NCBI GenBank assembly: GCA_004193555.1
Contig: RPGP01000001.1
Span: 274,156-338,155 of the forward strand
DNA from: Desulfobacteraceae bacterium Eth-SRB1
GTDB taxonomy: Bacteria > Desulfobacterota > Desulfobacteria > Desulfobacterales > ETH-SRB1
DNA: 64,000 bases
Direction: 5' to 3'
How positions within the stretch are numbered: the first letter of the stretch is position 1; the number at the start of each line of letters is the position of its first letter. A program made the translations under genes and the position numbers. Positions 1-9,948 of this stretch are shown piece after piece. The notes beneath the pieces were generated by a model, which was not told the origin of the DNA, did no database searches, and was given only the letters and a program-made list of their open reading frames with translations.

Positions 1-280
1 ATCCCGGCTTTGCAAATCTTCCCGGCAGTTCAAACTTTGAAAGCTCCACTGCTTCTTCGGAATTTCTTTTGATCAGGTAAATGTAATAAGGTTTATGCCA
101 ACTGTTTATTACAAAATAGATTGAATAATCGCTCTTGGAGCGGACTATATATCCATCCTCACGTGACCAGTTGTTCCCCCATTCCAAATAAAGCCGAACA
201 GCCTCTTCCGGCGTCATTTTCCAGTCAACGGAATTTACAAGCTTTCTGTTATTTTTTAATTCCTCGAGTGTCAGCATCAT
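1..280 (-). CDS. hypothetical protein, partial (3' end beyond window edge)
   Basis: Reverse-strand reading from the ATG at 278-280, preceded by GGAG, gives MMLTLEELKNNRKLVNSVDWKMTPEEAVRLYLEWGNNW... and stays open to position 1. It is edge-truncated, so it is absent from the ORF track. No family recognised. Confidence 0.4.
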   Translation of the reverse strand, partial: MMLTLEELKNNRKLVNSVDWKMTPEEAVRLYLEWGNNWSREDGYIVRSKSDYSIYFVINSWHKPYYIYLIKRNSEEAVELSKFELPGRFAKPG

Positions 281-620
281 GTTTCTCCTTTTAAAGAGGT
301 GAAAAGTTCAACCCCGCTCCGCATCAAGTACGGGATAAACTTCAGATTGTTATATGTAATCTATTGTCTTGTAATATCAAGATGCGTGCCAGAGACGAAG
401 ATATTGCCTGCTTATTTTGCAAACACCTTAAAGTACAGCTTTTCCGGCAGATCTCTAAGGAATTTTATAATATTGCTTGAAAGGGAAAAGGCAGGTTGTT
501 TTATGATACACCAAGACATATCTTATATGCCTTTTGGATATCAAAAACTATAACGATCTATAATGATTGAGTAAATGTAAAACCAATCTGTCTCACATTT
601 AGTCGTGATACATAGTTGTC

Positions 621-1103
621 TCATAAGACAGGTTGAGACGCAACCAGCTCTTTGCTGAGAAGTTTTATGTGAGTCATCTCTTCCTTGATGATTTGATCAA
701 TTTTTGTTTTACCAAGATTTTCGGATACGATTTCCTTCATGCCGAGGTAAAATACTATAGAATCCTTTTCGGCCAGGATAGCTTCCTTGAGGATCTCTTC
801 CATTGATGTTGTATCGATCTTTTTTTCAAAAAATACCCTAATGTCGGCTAATGCACGAAGATAAAGGGCTGCCTCGTCCTCAGGATCGAATACGGTTGCG
901 ACCTTTTCTTTTTCAGACAGGCCTGCTCTTAAATCGGCAAATGTTTTTTCATGTTCATCTTCCATTGCAGCAAGATCGAGCAAAAGCTTTTTTGCGCCGG
1001 AATCTGCAATCGCTTCTGCTGATTTTCTGTAAAAGGAAGCCCCATTTCTTTCAATTTGTTCCGCCATTTCAAATATTTCATCTGCATTGAAATCGTAACC
1101 CAT
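621..1103 (-). CDS. ferritin-like / rubrerythrin-family diiron protein
   Basis: 160-aa ORF with two E-x-x-H metal-ligand motifs (MEDEHEKTF, KEEMTHIKLL) in a helical-bundle-like sequence typical of rubrerythrin/ferritin-like proteins. Confidence 0.7.
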   Translation of the reverse strand: MGYDFNADEIFEMAEQIERNGASFYRKSAEAIADSGAKKLLLDLAAMEDEHEKTFADLRAGLSEKEKVATVFDPEDEAALYLRALADIRVFFEKKIDTTSMEEILKEAILAEKDSIVFYLGMKEIVSENLGKTKIDQIIKEEMTHIKLLSKELVASQPVL

Positions 1104-1161
1104 TTGATTTTATCCTTTCCTTCCGGCTTGTTGTTGTGCCAAAATAGCGTCCATCCACAAA

Positions 1162-1556
1162 CTAAATCTTTCCATGCTCCGCCAGTTCTGCTATGCCGTT
1201 GCGATCTAAAAGCTTTATATCCCGGCCTCTGACTTCGATTAGATTTCGGGAGCTCATTTTCGTGAAAATTCGCGACAAAGTTTCCGGTATGGTTCCAAGA
1301 AGACTGGCCAGTTGACCTTTTGAAATCGGCAGGGAAATATTATCCCCTGTTTTTTGCCGCCTATTGAGGATTTAAAGATTTTAACTTTGCCGTCTGCAAC
1401 CACATAAAATCCATTCCCCTCATCACCCTCTGAAAAAATCATTTCCCCCTTGTTAAAATGCCTGTCAACAACTATTTGTCTTAATGCTTCAAGCTGGTTC
1501 TCAGAAAGACCCCTGAAACCGGGAATACTTGAAAGAATGTTAAATGTTTTATCCAT
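1162..1556 (-). pseudogene. Crp/Fnr-family regulator remnant (internal deletion plus frameshift)
   Basis: The N-terminal cNMP-binding start (FRGLSENQLEALRQIVVDRHFNKGEMIFSEGDEGNGFYVVADGKVKIFK) is in one frame. The C-terminal HTH (GQLASLLGTIPETLSRIFTKMSSRNLIEVRGRDIKLLDRNGIAELAEHGKI, stop at 1162-1164) is in another frame. The span is 395 nt, not a multiple of 3, and codes about 130 aa versus about 220 aa for the family. Confidence 0.7.
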
Positions 1557-1788
1557 TTTTCCCTCTTTTTTTAAAAAATATCACCTTTTTTTGATCTAAG
1601 TCAATGTAATTACCCCTCCCTGTATGTAAAATACGTTCAAAATCAGGAAAAATTAATCAACCTAAAATGTAATAGTTCACCGGATGAAAGACATTTGACA
1701 GGATGAAAAAACTATCATGTCAAGCCTGTTTATCCTGTCAAAAAAAATAGCTGAACTATTACCCTGCAATCGGCAAAAGGATAGATAG

Positions 1789-2286
1789 ATGAAAAGACTA
1801 CGTAAAATAATAGAAATTGATGAAGAATTATGCGACGGCTGCGGGCAGTGTGTGCCAGGCTGTGCAGAAGGATCACTGCAGATTATAGACGGCAAGGCAA
1901 AAATGGTGTCGGACAACCTGTGTGACGGCCTTGGCGCCTGCATCGGCGAATGTCCCACCGGCGCCCTCAGGATTGTCGAACGTGAAGCCGACGAGTTCGA
2001 TGAAGAAGCAGTCGAAAAATACCTTGCAGAAAAAGAATCAGAAAAACAAAAGGAGCCGGCAACATTAGCCTGCGGATGTCCTTCGACTAATATCCAGACA
2101 TTTGTACCGGTTTCTTCGTGTAAGGAAGCAAATATACCGGCTTCTTTTAAAGATGGAGAATCCGCCCTTTCCCACTGGCCGGTTCAAATCAGGCTGGTAC
2201 CTGCGACAGCTCCGTTTTTAAAAGGCGCTGATCTGAAATATTTATTTCCATGCTGTTATTATTTGGTGTTACGCAAGAGTTCGTAA
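1789..2286 (+). CDS. 4Fe-4S dicluster-domain protein, apparently 3'-truncated
   Basis: Cys motifs CDGCGQCVPGC and CDGLGACIGECP. The family-like sequence ...HWPVQIRLVPATAPFLKGADL stops at about 2235, followed by 16 unrelated codons and a stop. Confidence 0.65.
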   Translation: MKRLRKIIEIDEELCDGCGQCVPGCAEGSLQIIDGKAKMVSDNLCDGLGACIGECPTGALRIVEREADEFDEEAVEKYLAEKESEKQKEPATLACGCPSTNIQTFVPVSSCKEANIPASFKDGESALSHWPVQIRLVPATAPFLKGADLKYLFPCCYYLVLRKSS

Positions 2287-2294
2287 CACCAAAT
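2261..2294. repeat. perfect 13-bp stem hairpin (atttggtgttacg / cgtaacaccaaat, 8-nt loop)
   Basis: Read directly from the sequence. It covers the stop codon of the truncated 4Fe-4S ORF at the junction with the accessory DNA. Confidence 0.8.
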
Positions 2295-2480
2295 TATTCC
2301 ACTCCGGCAAGCGTTCAGGTTCAGATATTAGTTCGAGCTTTCTTATTTTGCATATACTATTTTCAGTAAGAAAAGAAAGAAAACAACAATATGCAGTGCT
2401 ATATCGTATAGGCCAAAATCTTAAATGCTATATATAGACATTTGTTCGGGTTTCTTTCTTAGACCTTTCTTAAAATTCAA

Positions 2481-4148
2481 CTATCCTTTCTTAATAAGTT
2501 CCCACCGAGGAGCTGTTCGACTTCCGACATTAATGATCAATCCGCTTTCCCTGAGTTTTGTTAGCAAGTTGCCGATTTTATTTTTTTTCTGCACCAGGGT
2601 AAATACGTCAGGCAATTTATTAAACAATAAAGTGTTAACATCTTCTCGTTTTACATGTCCAAACCTCTCTATCAGCCCTAATACCATGTTTTCATAATGT
2701 AAGTCATCTAATCCCCTGTTTTTTATGTATTGGGCTTTTTCGTCCGTAATTTCGGCGATATGCGACGCAACATAGACATTAGGTGCACGGCCTTCAATGA
2801 GTTTCTCCTTACGGAGCATTTTGAGTTCATCTCTGCTTATTTTTTTTCGTTTCTGCACTTTGTCAAGAGCTATTACATGGCGAAGGCCAAGATCCGCCTT
2901 CTCAATCAGGATTCGACTGTAGTTTTCATCAATTAACCGTCCCATAATTTCAAGAGTTACATGGTCTGGATCGCTTAAATCATAATCTGGTAAAGGGAAA
3001 TAACGTTTGCGCTGTTCAAGAAACATTTTTTTGATTCCGTAACCCATTGTATCAATCATATCAAGATTGACCATTGCCTGTGACAGAAAGGGGTTTCGGT
3101 AACGTTCCGGTGTCTTGTCTCTTAAAAGGTAATCTTCAAGCGTGCCTTCGAAAAATCCGCCCGAATTTTGCAGGATTAGACGATCCACTTTTTCGGTCAG
3201 GATAATACGGGCATTACGGCTATAATCCTGATGGGCTATGCAATTGTTCAAAGCCTCTAATACAATCCATGTGTCATATTTATCGAGTTCAAGAGGGATT
3301 AGAAGGTTAAATGGCTGGATTTTGAATTTGATATTTCGTATGCGGTTATAAACGGAATTTACATTCAATAGAAAAGGGGGACCGAAGTGTTCATAGGCCT
3401 GCTCTTCGGCTTCCAGCTTCCATGTAATTTGTGCTATGCTCGGCAACAAATGATAACTTGCTTCAGGTTTCCCAACAAGAATGATTGCAGCCCTGGTAAC
3501 CTGTCCGTTTACGGTAAGTTTAGCTCGATCAAGGAATGTTTCTTGATCCCATTCTTCTATTTCCCCGGCAAAAGACCGAGAACGGTTTTTCGATTTGAAT
3601 TTCTTCAGGGCGACAGCAAGGGCACCTTCATCTAAATCATTGATTGTTGCTTTCTGACAAATTTGGGCAGACCAGTCATAATTATTTACCTGATTTCTAA
3701 TTTGTTCGATTTCTTGTATGTTTAATGCACCGATAGATTCACCATCTCTGCCATAAAAATGCCCCTCTCACGCAACAGAGATGCCTTGCGGTGCTGCGGG
3801 AATTTGGAACATGATAACCCGCCCTTCAGGTAGTAAAAGCTCATGAATTTCAATAAACGTAATACGGTTGGTTGTTTTATTGGCGATTTCAGACTTCAGG
3901 CTATCCAGTTTGGATCTGTCTGAGCGATAATAAGTTCCAACAACTTTTCTATGCTCATCTTCCACACCAAAAACCAGCCAGCCACATGGTTTGCCTTTGA
4001 GATTTGCTTCGTTAGACAAAGCAGAAAAGTATCGTCCCAATTTACTGAAATCATAATTGTGCTTGGCTTTCTTAAACTCCACCCATTCTGTTTCAGATGG
4101 TAACGTGCGCAATCCGTTCAACAATCTACTCAGCTCTTCTTTTGTCAT
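2481..4148 (-). pseudogene. AlbA_2/Schlafen-like ATPase with C-terminal wHTH (COG2865-type), interrupted by one in-frame TGA
   Basis: ORFs 3768-4148 and 2481-3449 are in the same frame, and the stretch between them is open. That stretch reads EGHFYGRDGESIGALNIQEIEQIRNQVNNYDWSAQICQKATINDLDEGALAVALKKFK... The only stop is TGA at 3765-3767, in the context GISVA*EGHFYGRDGES, where this family has Trp. Confidence 0.7.
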
Positions 4149-4232
4149 GGCAAAATATTTACTATAAATTCATTTTATAATTTGTGATTAATCGAGTTCC
4201 TTATTCAGTTGAATTATTTGATAAACACAGTT

Positions 4233-4325
4233 TCACTGGTTTAACTCCTTGCCCATCCGATATTTGATGTCGTAGTGGATTATGAAGTCGAGTTCTTCTT
4301 CTGTGAAGCCGTAATGCTCAGCCTA
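4233..4325 (-). pseudogene. C-terminal fragment of a DNA methyltransferase/type IIG-like R-M protein
   Basis: The reverse strand reads AEHYGFTEEELDFIIHYDIKYRMGKELNQ*. This is a tail motif (YGLTeEE..FI..yDiKYRmG) that I recognise from the C-termini of adenine-specific R-M methyltransferases. No upstream body is present. Confidence 0.35.
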
Positions 4326-4361
4326 ATCCAGGGTGAAAAGGTTTTCATACAAAAGAATATT

Positions 4362-4575
4362 TTAATCCAGATCCGAAACTTTCACAACCTGCCTGTATTC
4401 AACACCTTCAAATTCATCAAAATACGCTTTGCCGCATTTGATTTTTCTTTTCTCGCTGTCTTTAAGTTCCTGATTCTCAGATTTGGTTTCCGCTACAAAA
4501 TAGACAGTTTTTTCATTTCTCTTTAATATCGCCCAGTCAGGATTATAGCTGCCAATAGGCGTGGGTATCTGAAAC
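4362..4575 (-). pseudogene. C-terminal PD-(D/E)xK nuclease fragment of a second restriction (res-type) gene
   Basis: LPGWFQIPTPIGSYNPDWAILKRNEKTVYFVAETKSEN is the catalytic nuclease tail (..PDW...ETK) of helicase-type restriction subunits. It lies immediately downstream of the intact res gene, and no helicase body is attached. Confidence 0.5.
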
Positions 4576-4599
4576 CAGCCGGGCAGCTTAATAAAACAT

Positions 4600-7290
4600 T
4601 TAATATTCCTCTGCATATTCATAAGCTTTAACCAAGTTATCAACACTCATATTTATCTTCACGGCATTGTGCGGTATTAAGACATATTTCCAGGGTTTGC
4701 CTCCGTTACGGGTCGTAAACTTTGTTGCATGGGCACAATACTGAACAGCTGCCCTTGCCTTTTCCTGAACATCTGATGAATCAACCTCTCTTTCCTCTTT
4801 TGTTTCAATCAGATAGATAGCGCTATCTGTTTCAACCACGAAATCCGGATGATACCGTCGCGAATTATGGTCCCAATAAATATGGAATTGTTTTTCGGCG
4901 GGACGAAGCCACTTTAATACCGACTTCTTGTCATCCTCAAGTATCCAGGCAAAATCTTTCTCTGTTTTGGAACCGAATTTATAAAGATTATGGCAGGCCT
5001 TTTTAAAACCGCTGAATACTTTAGCCGGTATGGATTTGGTTGGTGTGATTGTTTCCGTATAATGATAGATATTGTCCTCTGTATATTTTGAGAAATTATG
5101 CTCTTCTATTTTTGTAAAAGGGCGTACTGTGGTTTTTACAAATCCCGGTGTTTCGTAATAGAAATGGTCCATCATCTGTACATAGATGTAATCTCCAATT
5201 TCTTTTTTTAAACATTGAATAACATTGGCAACATCTTCTTCAGCAAGATATGTCCTGAATTTTTCAACGACCTGACCCGCTAATTTGAATAGCAGATCAG
5301 ACTGATTATCGTAGTCTATCTCAGGAAAGTTGATAAGTTCGTTGACTATGATGTTTTCAAGACTGTCTGGAACAATCCCGCCCTTACCTATAACGATATC
5401 CGTGCTGTTTTCCTGTTCACGAAGTTTTTTTATCAAAATCTCTTCAGATACAGGCTGGTAGTTAAGATTTTTGGTTTCAAGATCAAAATCCTTGAATCCC
5501 GACAGTACATCATCGCTCTGCTGGATTATGATTCTTGGAATTTCGATAATGTTGCCAGCAAAATCACTTACAACAGAATCATATGCCTTCTCGACTTCCG
5601 CTATTGTCTCTTTGGCAAATAAAGACTGCTGAGGATCGCTGTATATCTTGCGCTTTATTTTCTCGACAGCAATTTCCTTGATTTCCGGTCTTGTCAGTTC
5701 ATTTACATTCTTTGCATCTTTGTTCAGCTCAGGAAGGGTATCAAGGATTGTTTTTCTCAGCTCCAGATTGATACATGCCTTTCTTTTTTCATCCGGTTCT
5801 ATAATATCTTCAATGCGTGCTCTTGCTTCCTCCAATTTTTCTTCGATACTTGAAAGCGAGGTAATTACTTCCTTTTTCTGGATAAACTCATCCGGATCTA
5901 ACTCGATGATATTCTCCTTTTTTATAATTGATCCGGGCTTATTCGCTTCATCAATGATTTCCTGAAATTTATCGTGCGCGACAATAGTCAGTTTATCGAC
6001 CTTGTCGTTTCCGGTTCTCTTGTTATAAGGCAGGCGCAATCCTCTTCCGATAGTCTGTTCCCTGAGTGTCATTGATGCCGCAGTCCGCAGGGGAATAATA
6101 GTGTAAAGATTGGTTACATCCCAGCCTTCCTTGAGCATATTAACGTGGATTACGATCTCTATTTTATTGTCGGGACTCTCTAATGAAACTAATTGAGCAA
6201 TATTTTCTTCCTTTTCAGACCCTCTTTGAGCAGAGTGGATTTCCATGACATTGTCGGCATAATTTCCTTCAAAAAAAGCCTTTGAAATAATCAGTTCCTT
6301 AAGCTTGCTTGCATGGCTGGTATCTTTGGCAACGACAAGCACAAAAGGTTTGACCTGCTGCGTCTTGTTATCCCGCGCATATATATCCAGGGCCACTTTG
6401 GTGTCCTCGTGGATTCGTATACCGTCTTCCAGTTTAATTCTGTCAAGCTCTTCATCGCTGTAATGCAAAGGATCAAAGTCTTTGCGTGTAGCCACGGCAG
6501 GCTCTTTGACAAATCCGTCCGGAATCGCCTTTGCAAGCGAATATTCATACACAACGTTTTTGAATTTTATGGTGTGTTGCCCCCGTTCCACCTGTGGAGT
6601 AGCTGTCAGTTCTAATCCGAGGACTGGATTTAATTCGTTGATAACTTCCATTCCCCTGTCCGCTCGATAGTGATGGGATTCATCCATAAGCAATACAAGG
6701 TCGTTTAGATTGGAGAGATAATTGAAATAAGAATCTCCCAAATATTCCGAAAGCCGCTTGATCCGAGGCATACTCCCACCCCTTGTCTCGGCGTTTATCT
6801 TTGATATATTGAAGACATTGATATGGACTTCTGAATCAAACATGGTTCTCTGTGAAGTATACTGGTAATTATCGCCGGTAATTATGCGAGGGCGTTTTGT
6901 TGCAAATTCGCCGATACCCTGAAATACATACTTGGGACTGTTCGGCAACGATAAATCATCAATAAGCTTGTTATAAATAGTAAGGTTGGGCGCAAGGACA
7001 AAAAAGTTCTTGATTCCCTTATGCAGATAGAGATAGGCAATAAACGCACCCATGAGACGGGTCTTGCCGACACCGGTTGCCAGGGCAAAACAGACAGATG
7101 GAAAATTTCTTTCAAAATCCGTGCATGTTGGATACGCATTCTTTACCTTGTCAAGCTCGGTTTGCAGATCGACCTCTTTCTGCAGAGTCAATTTGCCGAC
7201 CAGATCGGCAAGTATTTCCAGACTTTCTGTTTGAGGCGCCCTCAGGCTCAAGCGGTTTTTGATGAAAGTCGCGATACGATCCATTGTCAT
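4600..7290 (-). CDS. res: Type III restriction enzyme, Res subunit (SF2 helicase plus C-terminal nuclease)
   Basis: 896 aa. N-terminus NRLSLRAPQTESLEIL, Walker A ATGVGKTRLMG, DEAH-like LLMDESHHY, helicase motif VI QTIGRGLRL, and C-terminal YHPDFVVE...LIETKEE nuclease motif. It is placed directly after mod. Confidence 0.9.
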   Translation of the reverse strand: MTMDRIATFIKNRLSLRAPQTESLEILADLVGKLTLQKEVDLQTELDKVKNAYPTCTDFERNFPSVCFALATGVGKTRLMGAFIAYLYLHKGIKNFFVLAPNLTIYNKLIDDLSLPNSPKYVFQGIGEFATKRPRIITGDNYQYTSQRTMFDSEVHINVFNISKINAETRGGSMPRIKRLSEYLGDSYFNYLSNLNDLVLLMDESHHYRADRGMEVINELNPVLGLELTATPQVERGQHTIKFKNVVYEYSLAKAIPDGFVKEPAVATRKDFDPLHYSDEELDRIKLEDGIRIHEDTKVALDIYARDNKTQQVKPFVLVVAKDTSHASKLKELIISKAFFEGNYADNVMEIHSAQRGSEKEENIAQLVSLESPDNKIEIVIHVNMLKEGWDVTNLYTIIPLRTAASMTLREQTIGRGLRLPYNKRTGNDKVDKLTIVAHDKFQEIIDEANKPGSIIKKENIIELDPDEFIQKKEVITSLSSIEEKLEEARARIEDIIEPDEKRKACINLELRKTILDTLPELNKDAKNVNELTRPEIKEIAVEKIKRKIYSDPQQSLFAKETIAEVEKAYDSVVSDFAGNIIEIPRIIIQQSDDVLSGFKDFDLETKNLNYQPVSEEILIKKLREQENSTDIVIGKGGIVPDSLENIIVNELINFPEIDYDNQSDLLFKLAGQVVEKFRTYLAEEDVANVIQCLKKEIGDYIYVQMMDHFYYETPGFVKTTVRPFTKIEEHNFSKYTEDNIYHYTETITPTKSIPAKVFSGFKKACHNLYKFGSKTEKDFAWILEDDKKSVLKWLRPAEKQFHIYWDHNSRRYHPDFVVETDSAIYLIETKEEREVDSSDVQEKARAAVQYCAHATKFTTRNGGKPWKYVLIPHNAVKINMSVDNLVKAYEYAEEY

Positions 7291-7317
7291 GATCTCCCTG
7301 TTTTATTACGACAAGCG

Positions 7318-8967
7318 CTAATCAAAAAGTTTTCCCTGTTTCATAGCGTCCTTTTTCTTTTTTCCGGTTGTTTCTTTTCCGGGTCCAGGCGGCACGAAAT
7401 CAGGCGCATCAGGATCAACAGGCATGGTTACGATATTAAAACTATAATCATCCCTTCCGAACTCACACCTGCCTAACAACATTCCAGGTATTTTTTTGAC
7501 GGTGATTCCAGAATATTGGTTTTCGCAGGCCTTCTGAAACGATTTGCAACAGATGAGCAGGCTTTCTCCGGGTTTCATGTCCTCCCTGATTTTGTCCAGG
7601 GTCTCGACGGTGACAAACTGCGTAGTGGTAAAGATAAAGTCTTTTTCAGTAGATTGTCCCTGTTTCCAGTAAATCTCTTCATCGGGATTATATTTGAATC
7701 CCTCGTGCTTTGCCATGGCAGCCGCCAGCATGTCTGCATTGTATCGTTCGTCAATTACCCAGTTGCCGTGCTTATCTTCCTTGAGCAGACTGGGGGCAAG
7801 ATAGTAATATCTGAATCCTCCCCCGCCTTTCCAGTTTACTGATTTTGAAATCCCACCCTGATCCGTTCCGTCAGCCACCTTTTGCAAGCGCGGAAGGCAG
7901 TGCGTGTGGCAATGTTCACCCAGTTCGACCCCGATCCATTTGCGGCCCATTTTATGGGCTACGGCGGCGGTAGTACCGGATCCGAGGAAGGAATCGAGGA
8001 TGAGATCGCCTTCATTTGAAGCCAGTGTAAGAATACGCTGGATTAATCGTTCTGGTTTTGGGGTTGTGAATACTTCGACATCATTAATATCCTTTGTTTC
8101 TTTCTTTGCCTCTTGGTTGTCACCTACTTCATTACGCAACCAAATAGTTTTACTTACCGAACCATCTTTTACTTCTGACAAAAATTTCTTTACTGATGGT
8201 ACATTATTACCTGTTTTCCCAAACCATATCCTGTTATCAATAATCAGTTTTTCAAATTTTTCCTTCGATGTAACCCAACATCGACTTCCTGGAGGATTAA
8301 CAATTCGTCCTGATGGCAAGGTAATCGGATAATCGCTGTTAGCATTATAAGTTTTAACTGAAAAATCGGCAGGTTTCCACGGACCTCTTGGATCATTATC
8401 TGGGTTCTTATATCTTTTGTTCATTTCTTTAGTTCGAGGCAATAAATTAGGACGCCATATTTTTTTTGATTTTGCATAAACAATAATATGGTCGTGACTA
8501 TCAGAAAGCCACTTTGCATCATTCTGGGGTGAGTACTTCTTTTCCCAAACAACATTCGCCACAAAATTTCTGCGCCCGAATATTTCATCACAAAGCACTT
8601 TCAAATAATGTGATTCATCATCATCAATCGAAATCCACAGGCTCCCATTATCGGAAAGGAGCGCCCTCAGCAGTTCAAGGTGAGGCTTCATAAGGCTTAG
8701 CCAAAGCGAATGTTCCAGCCCGTCGTCATAATGCTCAAACGCATTTCCAGTATTATACGGCGGATCGATGGAAATGCAGTTGATCTTCCCCGCAAAATCC
8801 TGTTCCAGCGCTTTCAGCGCGAGGAGGTTATCGCCGAATACCAGCATATTTTCGCTGTTCCTATCACCGTAAGACTTTTCAGGGTCTTCTATCAATATTC
8901 TCGGCTCTATCTTCGGCAGGTTATCCTTCCCGATCCACGTAAGTTCCAGTTTTTGTCGGTTTTTCAT
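7318..8967 (-). CDS. mod: Type III R-M Mod subunit, beta-class N6-adenine (or N4-cytosine) DNA methyltransferase
   Basis: Motif IV SIDPPYNTGN precedes motif I LDSFLGSGTTAAVAHKMGRKWIGVEL. N-terminus KLELTWIGKDN. The start is set at ATG 8965-8967 (GGAGA 5 nt upstream) rather than the TTG at 8991 used by the ORF track. Confidence 0.9.
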   Translation of the reverse strand: MKNRQKLELTWIGKDNLPKIEPRILIEDPEKSYGDRNSENMLVFGDNLLALKALEQDFAGKINCISIDPPYNTGNAFEHYDDGLEHSLWLSLMKPHLELLRALLSDNGSLWISIDDDESHYLKVLCDEIFGRRNFVANVVWEKKYSPQNDAKWLSDSHDHIIVYAKSKKIWRPNLLPRTKEMNKRYKNPDNDPRGPWKPADFSVKTYNANSDYPITLPSGRIVNPPGSRCWVTSKEKFEKLIIDNRIWFGKTGNNVPSVKKFLSEVKDGSVSKTIWLRNEVGDNQEAKKETKDINDVEVFTTPKPERLIQRILTLASNEGDLILDSFLGSGTTAAVAHKMGRKWIGVELGEHCHTHCLPRLQKVADGTDQGGISKSVNWKGGGGFRYYYLAPSLLKEDKHGNWVIDERYNADMLAAAMAKHEGFKYNPDEEIYWKQGQSTEKDFIFTTTQFVTVETLDKIREDMKPGESLLICCKSFQKACENQYSGITVKKIPGMLLGRCEFGRDDYSFNIVTMPVDPDAPDFVPPGPGKETTGKKKKDAMKQGKLFD

Positions 8968-8980
8968 GCCGATCTCCATG

Positions 8981-9304
8981 TGCTGAGTCAAGTACCTCCG
9001 ACATAGCCGGAGGCTTGATGGTTACGCCCTCAAAGGGCGGCTGGGTACCCAGGTACTCCAGTTATTGGTTCTAAAATCCGAATCCATTTCTGAAACACAA
9101 TACTCGGATTCTCAAAATACTGATGGGTTGCTATTGTCGAAATTTAAACGTGTCCCGAATACCTTTCTGATACCCGTGATTACTTTTGTTATTTGGTCTA
9201 TTAATTATTTACCAGAGATTGAGTTGTCTACCGCCTGATTATTCCAGGAACTGTCAAACTCTGGGAGTCCCCCGGCATAGCCGAGGGTTTACCATGGTTA
9301 ATTA
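8981..9304 (+). repeat. copy A of a 0.32-kb non-coding element with matching sub-terminal hairpins
   Basis: Near-identical to 14433-14781 apart from a 25-nt indel and a few substitutions. Left hairpin cctccg-acatagc-cggagg; right hairpin cccccgg-catag-ccgaggg. Each hairpin is followed by ..tggtta. Confidence 0.85.
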
Positions 9305-9948
9305 TACGACCTGAAGGAGGTCCTGGAAACACCATTTCTAATTCTTGTGAAATGAACGGATAGTTTGAAAAGGAATAAATAGAATCCGTAATCGCTCAAT
9401 GTAAAAATTCTCTGGCGTATTACAGATTTTTCCTCAAGCAGATTGGCTGGACAGTTATTTGTACGGTCAAAAAATACGATAGAATCATTTTCGAGTTGAC
9501 CACCTTTGGGAAGGTAAAATATATGGCTGATATGTTGTTTCCGTATGTCGGCAATGTGCGAATTTATTGATTCAATTGATCTCTGGTCGGTATCAACATG
9601 ATTTTTAATAAGACTTTGTTCGTATTTCCCAAGGTTGATTATCGGAGCATAAACCATCCGTAACGGCATAAGACGTTTATTTGCCTGATCTATATCACAA
9701 GTATTTGATAAGATCATGCCTGGCACTTGGTCAACATTAGTGTCTGGGAAATGGATATACAGCAAATTTTGAATTCCATCACCTTGAAAAAGATTTGTAT
9801 GGTTGTGCAGATAAGTTGTATATAATCTTTGATCAATATTATGTGGGAATGCTTTTAATTCGTTAAATAATTCTTGTTCTGCGGTAGAGGATAGATGCTG
9901 CGGAAGATACTTTTTTATTTCTTCGAATGGAATCATATCAAATCCCAA
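9298..9948 (-). CDS. hypothetical protein (216 aa), third gene of the AT-rich cassette
   Basis: ORF overlapping the upstream ORF by 16 nt. No family recognised. Its stop codon (9298-9300) lies inside the terminal ttaatta of repeat copy A. Confidence 0.5.
   Translation of the reverse strand: MGFDMIPFEEIKKYLPQHLSSTAEQELFNELKAFPHNIDQRLYTTYLHNHTNLFQGDGIQNLLYIHFPDTNVDQVPGMILSNTCDIDQANKRLMPLRMVYAPIINLGKYEQSLIKNHVDTDQRSIESINSHIADIRKQHISHIFYLPKGGQLENDSIVFFDRTNNCPANLLEEKSVIRQRIFTLSDYGFYLFLFKLSVHFTRIRNGVSRTSFRSYN

Noticed and set aside
299-553. 84-aa ORF at the left end
   Set aside because: It has a GTG start, no RBS and a low-complexity composition, and it sits in what looks like the divergent promoter region between two reverse-strand genes.
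8981-9304. Possibility that the 0.32-kb direct repeat is a duplicated tRNA/tmRNA attachment site
   Set aside because: No acceptor stem, T-arm (GTTCRAnnC) or tmRNA tag/3' CCA-proximal features could be read on either strand.
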